Notes: generated by a model not told the origin, from the letters alone. A DNA stretch of 23,068 bases, filler included, from Peribolospora baueri (GCA_029717555.1; 19 parts of 19 records of this genome joined end to end with filler, not necessarily neighbours in it); one strand, 5' to 3'. Shown: positions 1 through 10,025, counted from the first letter of the whole stretch. A program made the numbers and translations.

Positions 1-28
1 AAAACGACCTTGCATACACAATGAATGG

Positions 29-36
29 TATAAATA
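29..36 (+). promoter_or_regulatory. TATA box of the aldo-keto reductase gene
   Basis: TATAAATA about 75 nt upstream of the ATG at 109. Confidence 0.55.
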
Positions 37-108
37 GGGCAACCTCTCCCCGCCTTGGCTAGCCACCAACAGTCCGCATCTCTGTCAGCCCCATACCGTA
101 CGCGAGCC

Positions 109-1221
109 ATGTCCACTTCCAAGATCCCTACCCGCTCCCTCGGCGGCAGCGCCAAGGACATCAAAGTCGGCGCAGTAGGATTCGGTGCCATGATGATGAC
201 CTGGGTCGCGCCCACGATCACGCCTGACGACAAGGTGCGTTTCCATTGTCGCCGCCCTTTGGGCTTCTTTTCTGGCTTCTCCGCCTCCGTCCTCATGGTA
301 TGGTCGCGGGACACGATCATTAGCTCCGAGATCGCTGACCGTGCTTTCCTCTCTTGTCTCTGCCAGGCCTTCGCGAACTTGAAGGCCGCCGCTGACGCTG
401 GTGCCACTTTCTGGAACTCCGCCGAGTTCTATGGTAATTCCCCGAACCAGGAGGCCAACCTCCAGTTGCTTGGTCGGTTCTTTGACAAGGTATGTGTGGA
501 CGGGCGACGAATCTCTTCGTATAAGGAGCGCGTCGCCCCGGTCCATTGGCCACTCCTCCGAACGGTGCCGGGCCTCACTTCTTCCTGTGTGGTCCTTTAT
601 TGTCGACCTAGTACCCCGAATATATCGACAAGATTTTCCTCTCCGTCAAGGGCGGCTGCTTGGAGGGAGGTCCCTTTACCCCTCCGACCGCCTCGCTCGA
701 GAACTTGCGCCGCTCGGCGGACAACATCAACAAGCATCTCGGCGGCAAGAAGAAGATGGATCTGTTCGAGATGGCCAGGGTCGACCAGGTACGTCTTCGT
801 CTCACGCCTCTCAGATACTCGGCCAGTTCTGTTCGAGCTTCGGAGCTCATCCCTTTGCCTGTCTCGATCGCCCCATATGCGCAGACCCGACCAATCGAAG
901 AGGCGATGCAGAACATGGCCCAGCTGGTCAAGGAGGGCAAATTCTCCCACATCGGCCTCTCCGAAGTCTCCGCTCAGACCATTCGAAGGGCCAACAAAGT
1001 ATACCCTGTCGCCGCTGTGGAAGTCGAGTACAGCCCATGGAGCACGGATATCGAGACGAACGGGGTGTGAGTCCGAGTGACATGTGCCTCTTCATTGACA
1101 AGCGAAATTGGGATGAAGACGAGGCTTAAAACTTTGCGCGACCCTGCCTCGCGGCCTCTCACACAGCCTCGAGACGTGCAAGGAGCTCGACATCGCCATC
1201 ATCGCCTACAGCCCCTTGGGA
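109..1221 (+). CDS. Aldo-keto reductase, pyridoxal reductase-like; 5 exons, 3' truncated by the contig end
   Basis: Exons 109-234, 367-489, 612-788, 885-1066 and 1167-1221 are joined by GT..AG introns into one frame: GFGAMMMTW...FWNSAEFYG...KEGKFSHIGLSEVSAQTIRRA...AVEVEYSPW...IIAYSPLG. These are classic AKR motifs. Confidence 0.92.
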
Positions 1222-1321
1222 NNNNNNNNNNNNNNNNNNNNNNNNNNNNNNNNNNNNNNNNNNNNTTAATTAATTAANNNNNNNNNNNNNNNNNNNNNNN
1301 NNNNNNNNNNNNNNNNNNNNN
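1222..1321. other. Artificial scaffolding linker N44-TTAATTAATTAA-N44 (first of 18)
   Basis: Identical 100-bp spacer with stops in all six frames at 1222, 2541, 3824, 5095, 6365, 7619, 8870, 10106, 11341, 12573, 13803, 15008, 16185, 17361, 18537, 19689, 20828 and 21955. It explains the X...LIN tails in the ORF track. Confidence 0.99.
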
Positions 1322-1533
1322 CTTTCCGCCTTCGTACGCGTCCTTTACGTCCACTTCCTTATCTGACATCCCCTGGCAAAACGCTACACAAACGAGCGAT
1401 GCTGGCAGAATAGTACAGGGTGAAAGCGGATGCTTGCGCGCGTGGACCACCAACTCGACAGCGTCCTGAAATGCCGGGACGGACCGTGTCGATACGGGCC
1501 TGGCGGAACAAGATGGAAGCGAAGTGGACCATG
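1322..1533 (-). CDS. Possible 5' end of an unidentified minus-strand gene
   Basis: Plausible splice of MVHFASILFRQARIDT (GTCCGT donor, CCAG acceptor) to GMSDKEVDVKDAYEGGK, running off the contig. No family recognised. Confidence 0.2.
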
Positions 1534-2253
1534 ACTGAGAAGGGCAGGGACGGCGGGCGCAAGGCGGAAAGGAGGGCGGAGGACGAGGCTCGTGAGCCCG
1601 GACGGACGCTTGAGTTGTGCGTTCACTCCAAGCTGGAAAGGACAAGCAAGTGGCGGTGATGTTGATGGTGATACTGGGTTGAGAGACCAGGAGGAACAGG
1701 AGAAGATGTCGAGCATTTAATACCCTCTGGGGGCAGATATGGCGCGGCTGTCATTCTCCAGGGACAACGAAAAGAACAATGACGAGAAGGAGGAGAAGTA
1801 CAATGAAGAGACGACGACGACAATGAAGAGGACGACGAAGAGAAGAAGGACAAGACACTGAGATTGGCGGATGCGGTCGGCCGGATCTACCCTCTATCCT
1901 GCCCCTCCACCGTCGGCGATCACTTGGCTCTAAGACCCGCGCCATGTAGCCAACGTCGGCGACCAGGTCTGCTCACAATTAAAAACGGGACGGATGCACT
2001 CGCAGATCTTCTCCGCCTCCACGTTCGTCGTCGACCGCTCCGTTCTTCAACAAGCTCGTCGTCACCAGTGAGCCGCAAAAAGCAACAATTGGGCGGAACT
2101 CGTCTAAGCTGCAATGGCCGGAGGCAGGTAAATGGAGCCCTAGCCCTAAGGAGAGGGGAGACATGGGCGGTAGGAAATAAATGCAATGTAGGATGACGAT
2201 GGTGAATGCGTATGGGTACACGAAAAGACGAAAGAGGTGGAGGAGGACGGGAG

Positions 2254-2540
2254 CTATTTGCCGAGCTTTCGCATCTGGCCCTGGGCAACGGTAAACTTCT
2301 TCTCGGTCCGATCCAAGTCGTGGTTGAAGTCGTCGAGCATTTCGTTCTGCTCTTGCAGCTCGTTGCCGATGGCGATGCCGAGCATCTTCTGCCGTTGGAG
2401 GATCGCCGAGAGATCAGACAGTTGGGAGTCCTGATTGTCCATCTCCTGTCGTTGCAGCTGTAGGAGACCGGCGTCGTCGAGCGGTCGAGTGACCTCGGTT
2501 TCTTGCGGTGGAGGACGTGCGCCGAGATATCGAGTCGGCG
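2254..2540 (-). CDS. VAM7: C-terminal part of Vam7-like Qc-SNARE (soluble, no transmembrane anchor)
   Basis: Open frame from the contig edge: PTRYLGARPPPQETEVTRPLDDAGLLQLQRQEMDNQDSQLSDLSAILQRQKMLGIAIGNELQEQNEMLDDF...KLGK*. This is a SNARE coiled coil preceded by the ET..TR.LD..G.LQLQ segment typical of fungal Vam7, ending without a TM helix. Confidence 0.82.
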
Positions 2541-2663
2541 NNNNNNNNNNNNNNNNNNNNNNNNNNNNNNNNNNNNNNNNNNNNTTAATTAATTAANNNN
2601 NNNNNNNNNNNNNNNNNNNNNNNNNNNNNNNNNNNNNNNNTTTTCGTGCTGTCCTTGTCTCAG

Positions 2664-3251
2664 CCGGCTCCGAACGCAGACCACTGGCAAGCAGATCAAC
2701 GACAAGGCCCACAGCGGTCGCGCGGTCCGAAGCCGCCGCCAAAGAACCCTTTCCAGCGCGAGAGCCTACTGCGACAGGTGCGTCCAAACGTTCTCGCAGC
2801 GTCCGTCCATCGATCTCGATCTCAGACCGGGAATTAAATAAAATTGCGACGAGTTGACTCATCAACAAAATCCCTTCCTATCGTCGTTCGTCGTTCGTCT
2901 TCCCTCTGCGCCCAGCTGCTCACCCCAGAGATCGACACCCACCTCTCCTCGCTCTCCCAAGCCATACGCTTCCTCGTCACCAACGACTTTCTTCGAGATG
3001 TTGAACTGCGCGAGGGCGACGCCGAGGAGCAGAGGAAGCGGAGAGAGAAGATCCAGGTTTTGCGCAGCACGAGAGCCAGTAGGGAGGCGTCGTCGTCGGT
3101 CGTCGCTATGGACGCGACTGGGTCGAACGGCGTCTTCGTGGGACGGGACGAGGAGGGCGGGGATGAGGGTGAGAAGGCTCCCCATGCGGATCGCGCCGAC
3201 GAACCTGGCAGCGCTGGGGATGAGGGAGAAGGGGAACCAATCCGCGTCTGA
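2664..3251 (+). CDS. Last exons of an Rsa1/NUFIP1-like box C/D snoRNP assembly factor
   Basis: Exon 2664-2777, GTGCGT..CAG intron 2778-2915, exon 2916-3251 give KNPFQRESLLRQ|LLTPEIDTHLSSLSQAIRFLVTNDFLRDVELREG. This resembles the conserved C-terminal LL..LL...I......L.QAIRFLV.NDFL motif of fungal Rsa1/NUFIP1, recognised from memory. Confidence 0.62.
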
Positions 3252-3617
3252 ATCGGGGTCTGTTTTTATTCGGCTCGAGTGACACGCAAACATGGTGGTC
3301 TGGCCTCGTCCATTAACGATAAGTCTTCTGAACCCTTTCTGTCGCCCGAGCGAAGGAAAGGCGGAAACTCGATTTAGGAAACAATGCCTACGGTACAGAC
3401 GGACTGGGGACCGACGATTGCCATTTGCGCGGACGGGTATCAGCGTCGTGCTGGATTGTTTGCTCACATGATGTCAAGGCGCGGGGACGAAGCACGAGTA
3501 CGGGGTAGAAGGTGTGAAGACAGACGAGGCGGAACGAGACAGGTCGAGACCAGAGGTCAAATCGGATGGGATGGGCCGTATAAAGCGCCAAGCGTGCGAG
3601 AGAAATGACGGATAACG

Positions 3618-3823
3618 TCACTTGTCCTTCTCCTCCTCGCTACTCTCCCCCTCTTCCTCGCTACCCTCCTCTTCCTCGTCTTCTTCCTCGTCTTCTTCCT
3701 TGCCAAAGTCGAGAGTACGACGCTCCATGTCGTAGCCAACGTCCGTGAGGCCCTTCTGGATGTCATCAACGACAGAGGGCGCAGCGACGACGACGGCGAC
3801 AGAAGTGACGGGCTCGAAGAGGG
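3618..3823 (-). CDS. Extreme C-terminus (acidic tail) of the M16 metallopeptidase that continues in contig 20928-21954
   Basis: 3697-3823 is identical to 20928-21054. The frame reads ...KGLTDVGYDMERRTLDFGKEEDEEEDEEEEGSEEEGESSEEEKDK*. Confidence 0.85.
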
Positions 3824-4400
3824 NNNNNNNNNNNNNNNNNNNNNNNNNNNNNNNNNNNNNNNNNNNNTTAATTAATTAANNNNNNNNNNNNNNNNNNNNN
3901 NNNNNNNNNNNNNNNNNNNNNNNTTTTTTTCAATTTTGCAGAAGCGGCATTGAATTCTGCGATCCTGTTGCGGGACTGAGCGCCATATGCAGTGTGCACG
4001 GGATCGCTTGCCGCCACACCAACGTCTGACGTCTGAATACAATTCATTCATAACTGAGAATCCTTATAGGGGGAGAACTTTCCATTTAAATGACGACCTT
4101 CCCCTTCCGTCCCTCGCTGCTTCGGAGCACACTGTCCTTCAACCGGCCCGTGCTGGAGCCGCTTCGATGACACAGACGAGCTGCTGCAAAGAGCGACCAA
4201 CCGTCGGCGAAGCAGTCCGAATCGCGGTCCACATTGAGAGCCTGAGCTGACTGACATCGCGAGCAACAGTTCGAGGACATGGTCATTCAGAGGAAAGAAT
4301 AAAGGAAAAAGCTGGAGCTCCGCGCATGCCACCGCTGATCACTCGCGTCGGCGGTGGCACGAGGCGGGGAAGAGCCGCCTAAGACTTGCGACCTTGCATC

Positions 4401-4438
4401 AGATCTGATCTCGCTGGATAGATCTGATCTCGCCGGAT
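4401..4438. repeat. 19-bp tandem direct repeat (2 copies)
   Basis: AGATCTGATCTCGCTGGAT followed by AGATCTGATCTCGCCGGAT, one mismatch. Confidence 0.85.
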
Positions 4439-4839
4439 GGAGTTCTTGCGGGCCGAACGGCAGTCGGATGGAGCGCTCGTCGAGCTGCGCTTCCCGGCCG
4501 AGATAAGTGTCCCAGGCGCTGTGGTGATATAATCAAACCCTTACTGGTATTATACAAAAACATACCTCCTTTCTTCTTTTCAGCACCGCAGCGCTTGTCT
4601 TCCCCTTTCCGTCGCGTTCATCGCGCCACATCTCAGCCCGGCACCTTCTGCTTCCGTTCTGCTCAGGACCACGGTCAGCAGACGTTCACGCCCGGTGGCA
4701 ATGCCTCCGCCGACGCCTCGCGCCCACCACTGCTTACGCCAGGCTCACTCCCTCTAGCTCGTTTCCACCGGCGGGTCGTTCCGATTCTTCGAACTTTCGC
4801 GCCGACTCCTCCTCGCTCCGCTTCCGCCCTCTATCGTCG

Positions 4840-5080
4840 CTAACCGACTCGTGGCGGGCTGGAACGCCGGACGAGGTTGGTAGTTCTATATGCCGACATA
4901 CGCGCAGCTTAGTTAGACGGCACCGCGTCTTAACCTTCCGTGAGGGATCTGCAAGCGTCGTGCCATTTCGGGAACAATAGAACAAGGTGAAAGCTGACCA
5001 TCCCAACTCCCCTCCACGACTGGTACCTTTTGGCCATCAGGCGTCAGTCGTAGGAGTCGAATCTGAATGCGGCATTCGAC
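4840..5080 (+). ncRNA. Candidate structured RNA element of unknown class
   Basis: Several complementary segments with G-U pairs on the + strand and a potential pseudoknot (see findings). No RNA family recognised. Confidence 0.25.
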
Positions 5081-5194
5081 CGGCCCCACCGCGANNNNNN
5101 NNNNNNNNNNNNNNNNNNNNNNNNNNNNNNNNNNNNNNTTAATTAATTAANNNNNNNNNNNNNNNNNNNNNNNNNNNNNNNNNNNNNNNNNNNN

Positions 5195-6364
5195 TCTTCT
5201 TCTTTCCCCCTCCCTTTTTCCTTCCTCTCTCTTCTCCCTCTTCCCTCTTTCTCCTTCCCCTTCTCTCCCTCCCTTCCTCCTTTTCTTTCTTTTTTCCTTT
5301 TCTCTCCTTCTTCCTTCCTTTTCTTTTTTCTCCTTTTCTCCTTCTCCCTCTCCTTCCTCTCCCCCTTCTTCCCCTTTCCCCTTTTCCCCCCTTTTCTTCC
5401 TCTCTCCTCCCCTCTCCCTTTTCTCTTTCCTCTCTTTTCCTTCCTCCTCTCCTTCTCCCTTCCCTTCTCTTCTCTCCTTTCTTCTTCCTCCCCCCTTTCC
5501 CCCTCCTTTTTTTTCTTTTCTCTCCTCCCTCCCCCCCTTCCCTCCTTCTTTTCTTTTCCTCCTTTCTTCTCTCTCTCCTTCCCCCCTTTCTCCCTTTCTC
5601 CCTTTCCCCTCCCCTCCCCTCTCCCTTCTTTCCTTCTCCCTTCTCCTTTTCCCCTTCCCCCTTTTTTTCTCCTTCTCCCTTCCTTTCTTCCTCTTTTCTC
5701 CCCTCCTCTTCCTCCTTTCCTCCTCCCCCCTTTCCCTCTCCTTTCTCTCTCCCCTTTTCCTCCCCTCTCCTCTTTTCCCTCCCCCTCCCTTTCCTCCCCC
5801 TCTCCCCTTCTTCTTTCCCCCTTCTCTCTTTTCTCTTTTCTTTCTTCCTTTCTTTTCCTTCCTCCCCCTCTTCTCTTTCCCCCTCCCCTTTTCTCTCCCC
5901 TTTTTCCTTCCCCTCTCCCTCCTTCTCCCCCTTTCTCTCCCTTTCTTTCTCCCCTCTCCCCTTCTTTCCCTTTTCTCCTCTCTTCTCTCCCCCTCTCCTT
6001 CTCTCCTTCTCCTCTCTTCTTCCTCCCCTTTCCTTCCTTCCTCCTTTTCCCCCTTCCCCTTTCTTCTCCTCTCTTTTTTTTCCTCTCTTTCTTTTTTTTT
6101 TTCCCTCTTCCCTTCCCTCCCCCCTTTCTGACATCCCCTTGCCCACCTCTCCCCAAACTATCTCTTCAGTCATCTTATTCACTCTCCTCTTTCCTTTTCC
6201 TTCTTTTCCCCCTTCCCCCTTCCCTCCTTCCCCTTCTTCTCCTTTCCTCTTTTCCCTCCTCTCCCCCCCCTTTTTCCTCCCCCTTTCTCTCCCCTCCTCT
6301 CTCCTCTCCCCTCTCTTTCTTTTTTTTTCCTCCCTTCTTCCTCTTTCCCTTCTCCCTCTTCCTC
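5195..6364. repeat. Aperiodic polypyrimidine low-complexity contig
   Basis: Almost only C/T except a short mixed patch near 6128-6185. Its K/E/R/G ORFs are a compositional by-product. Confidence 0.95.
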
Positions 6365-6724
6365 NNNNNNNNNNNNNNNNNNNNNNNNNNNNNNNNNNNN
6401 NNNNNNNNTTAATTAATTAANNNNNNNNNNNNNNNNNNNNNNNNNNNNNNNNNNNNNNNNNNNNGCATCGGCCGCACACCTGTCGGGACTCAAGGTTGGA
6501 CGGGAGAGAGGTCTAGGCAGCGCGGGACCTACCCCAGCAAAGATGGCCGGTCATGGCTGAATTCCAGGCAGCAGGGAGGGAGCTAGAAGCTCGGACGGAC
6601 GGCTGAAGAAAACTATAGGAAGGCACGGGTTATACCTTGGACAATCGCCAGTTCGGAAGGTTCCGGTATCGGGAGATCCCGAGGTCGATTCCTGACACTC
6701 ATTCTGGGACACCTAGTTTGCCAT

Positions 6725-7618
6725 CTAAACTATACCCAATGCTTTCCGGCCATCGACGATAGTCACAAAGCCAGCGAGACTTCCGACGACCAATCGGCCG
6801 CTGTGAAATGCTAGAGCAGACCCTCTGTTTTCAAATGGCATCCACCATTGTCTCCTGCCCCAGTCGTCCTTCACCCATCCATCCTTGTCGACCAAGAGTA
6901 ACTTCTGCTGCGACATTTCAGCAAGTTCTTGGCTTTCCATGCCTTCGCTACCAGACGGAATAGCAGCATCATTATCCACCTTCCACACTCGGACTTCTTC
7001 CACCGACCTCGAGACGATTCGTTTCCCGTCTGGGGAGAAGTCGACCGAGCGGACCCAACCCGTGAGACCTTCGAGCGGTCTACCGACCGCCTCACCCGTC
7101 GACGCGTCCCACATCCGGATGGTCGTCCGAACCAGAGACGATTCGCTTCCCATCTGGGGAGAAGGCGACCGAGAGGACCCGATCCGTGTGACCTTCGAGC
7201 GGTCTACCGACCGCCTCACGCGTCGACGCGTCCCACATCCGGAGGGTGTGGTCATCCGAACCAGAGACGATTCGCTTCCCATCTGGGGAGAAGGCGACTG
7301 AGCGGACCCGACCCGAGTGACCTTCGAGCGGTCTACCGACCGCCTCACCCGTCGACGCGTCCCACATCCGGAGGGTGTTGTCATACGAACCAGAGACGAT
7401 TCGCTTCCCGTCTGGGGAGAAGGCGACCGAGAGGACCCGACCCGTGTGACTCTCCAGGACATGCAAGCACGCAGTCCAGTGGGATGCTGTTCCCCTCAAC
7501 ACTTTTGGAGCCTTGCCGAATTGTGGCATAAAAGTTTTATAAAGGATTGTTTCCTTTGGTGTAAAAGGGAGGGCTGATTTATAGGTATGAAGGGCGCTTT
7601 GGGTGATTGGGACTTGGA
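6725..7618 (-). pseudogene. 3' part of a HET-E/HNWD-like (NACHT-)WD40 gene with a 5-bp frameshifting deletion
   Basis: From the contig edge: QVPITQSALHTYKSALPFTPKETILYK...HWTACLHVLESH (typical HET-E linker), then four ~43-aa repeats (LEGH..RV.SVAFSPDGKRIVSGS.D.TLRMWDASTGEAVGRP) and a DGWV...WWMP tail in another frame. Repeat spacing is 129 bp then 124 bp. Confidence 0.85.
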
Positions 7619-7718
7619 NNNNNNNNNNNNNNNNNNNNNNNNNNNNNNNNNNNNNNNNNNNNTTAATTAATTAANNNNNNNNNNNNNNNNNNNNNNNNNN
7701 NNNNNNNNNNNNNNNNNN

Positions 7719-8704
7719 AGAAAAAAAAAAAAAAAAAAAAAAAAAGAAAAAAAAAACCTAGCAATTCCAGCAGCCCACACCAGTCCATTTCCTTCTTCCT
7801 CACACTTCTCCTTGACACATCATGCTGGAGACAGGAAATTGAGAGGCCAAGGCTCAGGCATGGGAGATAAAAATTACAAAAGGAGACAAAGGACAAAGAA
7901 CAAAAAAGCTGGCGTCTCTCAAGTGCTACAGCAATGATCGACGCGTTCTAGGTGACGCGAGAACGCCAATGTGGTCACAAAACGAGGACCGATCGTGCGA
8001 CAAAGACGGTCCGAAACGCGTAAAACGCGTGTTTCACCCCCCTTTCCTCCTTCAAGAAGAGGTGAGAGCCCGGCTGAGAGCTGGTGTGTCTCGACTCTTG
8101 AGTTAGCGGTGCCCTAGTAAGCATTGCTGAACCCAAATGCGGGTCGAGGATAGCGTCTTGTAGCTCCCTGTGTATTCAACAGGTGTGTGCTCGGCGTTAC
8201 AATCTGCCCAGCTAAGCGTTTGACTGTGAGACCTGTAAAAAGGTCTCTGGTCGCTTGACTATCCTTCTGCCTGCATCGCTCGTTTGTAGTGTTTGCCCGG
8301 AGATGTCAGATGTTGTGGATGTGATTGCCGATGGCCAAGACCAAAAGCAATAGCTTCCACACACTTGAGGATCCGCAATGTTCAGGTGGCCCGCTTATGA
8401 GGCCTGCCGTCCATTGTAGTCCTCCTCTAGGAGCATGATCTCAGTCTCTTGGGCGCTTTTAATGCGACCCTTGCTAGACTGGGAGATTGTATCCAGAACT
8501 TGCGAGACCGGGGGATAAGGCGTGAGCTTGTCCTGCCCCAGTTGCGATAACAGGTCCTTGTGACCTCGAAGCATTGGTGGACGGACACTCACTGACAAAT
8601 GACAGATCCAATTGATCTTGTGACATACTCCATGTCAATGTGGGAGGCCTTTATTGATCTCGCCCATTGGCTATGGGCGTCCTAGTGCTGCCTGAAAGGA
8701 TAGT
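7719..8704 (+). other. rDNA intergenic spacer / 5' external transcribed spacer-like sequence
   Basis: Non-coding region directly upstream of the 18S start, ending in GGATAGT|TACCTGG like fungal ETS/18S junctions. Identity is inferred from position. Confidence 0.6.
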
Positions 8705-8869
8705 TACCTGGTTGATTCTGCCAGTAGTCATATGCTTGTCTCGTACCTTGCTACATGGATAACTGTGGTAATTCTAGAGCTAATACATGCTTAAAAGCCC
8801 CGACTTCTGGAAGGGGTGTATTTATTAGATAAAAGCCAACCCCTTCGGGGTCCCTTGGTGATTCATAAT
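8705..8869 (+). rRNA. 18S rRNA: 18S rRNA 5' end, partial, with an internal deletion of about 90 nt (probable pseudogene copy)
   Basis: TACCTGGTTGATTCTGCCAGTAGTCATATGCTTGTCTC is joined directly to GTACCTTGCTACATGGATAACTGTGGTAATTCTAGAGCTAATACATGC. The conserved AAAGATTAAGCCATGC...GAAACTGCGAATGGCTCATTAAATCAG block is missing. Confidence 0.93.
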
Positions 8870-9384
8870 NNNNNNNNNNNNNNNNNNNNNNNNNNNNNNN
8901 NNNNNNNNNNNNNTTAATTAATTAANNNNNNNNNNNNNNNNNNNNNNNNNNNNNNNNNNNNNNNNNNNNAAGGTTGTGGAGAGGAAGAATGGTACGTGTG
9001 TCGAATGAGGCTCTGCTGCGGAGTGGACAAATAAAGTTTGTGAATATAAGGGCGTGACGGACGAGTTGCTGCTTTCCACGTGGCTTTCCCGTTGCCTCCG
9101 CCTTGCTGCGGTCGGCGCTCACCGCTCGGGCGACGTCGAGTCCGGTCCGGCCGCGTGTGGAAGCTTCGCGGCGACGACGACGGCGACGGCGACGGCGACG
9201 CGCAAGGGCCTGTTTTCAGGGAGTACTTCTACTACCATCACCATTGGCGACCTGGGAGTAGCCCTCCCTTTTCAGTGACGCCCCCACCACCACCGGCCTG
9301 GTCGTCTTCCCGTCAGCGGCCGCCACCTTCTGATCGAACCGACGCCGCCATCTCCCTTTTCTCAGCCCTCCGCCATGTCTATAC

Positions 9385-10021
9385 TATTCATCGGCATGAC
9401 TCCCTTCTTCGCGAATTATGGATATCACGAGAGACTAGAGGTGACCCTTAGCGACTCGAGACGGCTTCAGGAGACGCATCGGCAGGCAGCGGACATTATC
9501 AGGCACGCCAAGTATGCGAACCGGCTTAGGTCTGAAGCCCCTCCTTTCGAGCTGGGGACAAGGTGTGGCTCATGCGGTGCCATATCTCGACGGCAAGACC
9601 CAGCAGCAAGCTGGATGCCAAGCGCCTGGGCCCTTTCACCATTGACAGGAAGATCTCAAGTTCGGCCTTTAAGCTCAACCTTCCTGCCTCCATGAAGGTC
9701 CATCCCGTCTTCCATGTCTCGCTTCTGGAGCCGTTCGTCCCAAACACTCTGTCCTCTCGCCCCTCTGCCTCACCCCCACCTCCCGTCATTACCGAGGCGG
9801 GGCAAGAAGAGTATGAGGTTGCCAAGATACTCGATTCGCATTTCTTCCGCCGCAAGCTGAAATTCCTTGTAGACTGGGTCGGATACGGTCCTGAGGAGCG
9901 CTCCTGGGTGGATGCGCGTGATTTTGACGACGACGACAGCCTTGTGGTTGACTTTCACATTGCTTACCCCCAGAAGCCAGGCCAACGACGTCTCAACCGC
10001 GCCCGCGGAGCTCACGCTTAG
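9385..10021 (+). mobile_element. Ty3/Gypsy chromovirus pol 3' remnant: integrase C-terminus plus chromodomain, frameshifted
   Basis: IGMTPFFANYGYH (end of the integrase core), then after a 1-nt shift near 9555 GDKVWL...[16 protein letters not shown]...[14 protein letters not shown] (GPY/F region) and [11 protein letters not shown]...[15 protein letters not shown] (chromodomain). Confidence 0.92.
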
Positions 10022-10025
10022 CCCC

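Noticed and set aside
55..1080. 341-aa ORF as a single-exon gene
   Set aside because: It reads through introns and leaves the AKR frame after exon 2; the spliced model explains the homology.
1266..1277. Regularly spaced palindromic TTAATTAATTAA as a CRISPR-like or biological repeat
   Set aside because: Always centred in exactly 44+44 N; a synthetic six-frame stop linker.
4666..4700. HDV/CPEB3-like ribozyme or SRP helix-8 resemblance (CAGCAGACGTTCACG; CAGG..AGCA)
   Set aside because: P1 and P3 pairings fail for the HDV fold, and there is no GNRA loop for SRP.
5021..5040. CCTTTTGGC similarity to the U2 snRNA 5' stem
   Set aside because: The GTGTAGTA branch-pairing sequence and the rest of U2 are absent.
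5139..6182. Long K/E/R/G-rich ORFs (also 13847-14932)
   Set aside because: A purine-only strand cannot encode stop codons; these are low-complexity artefacts.
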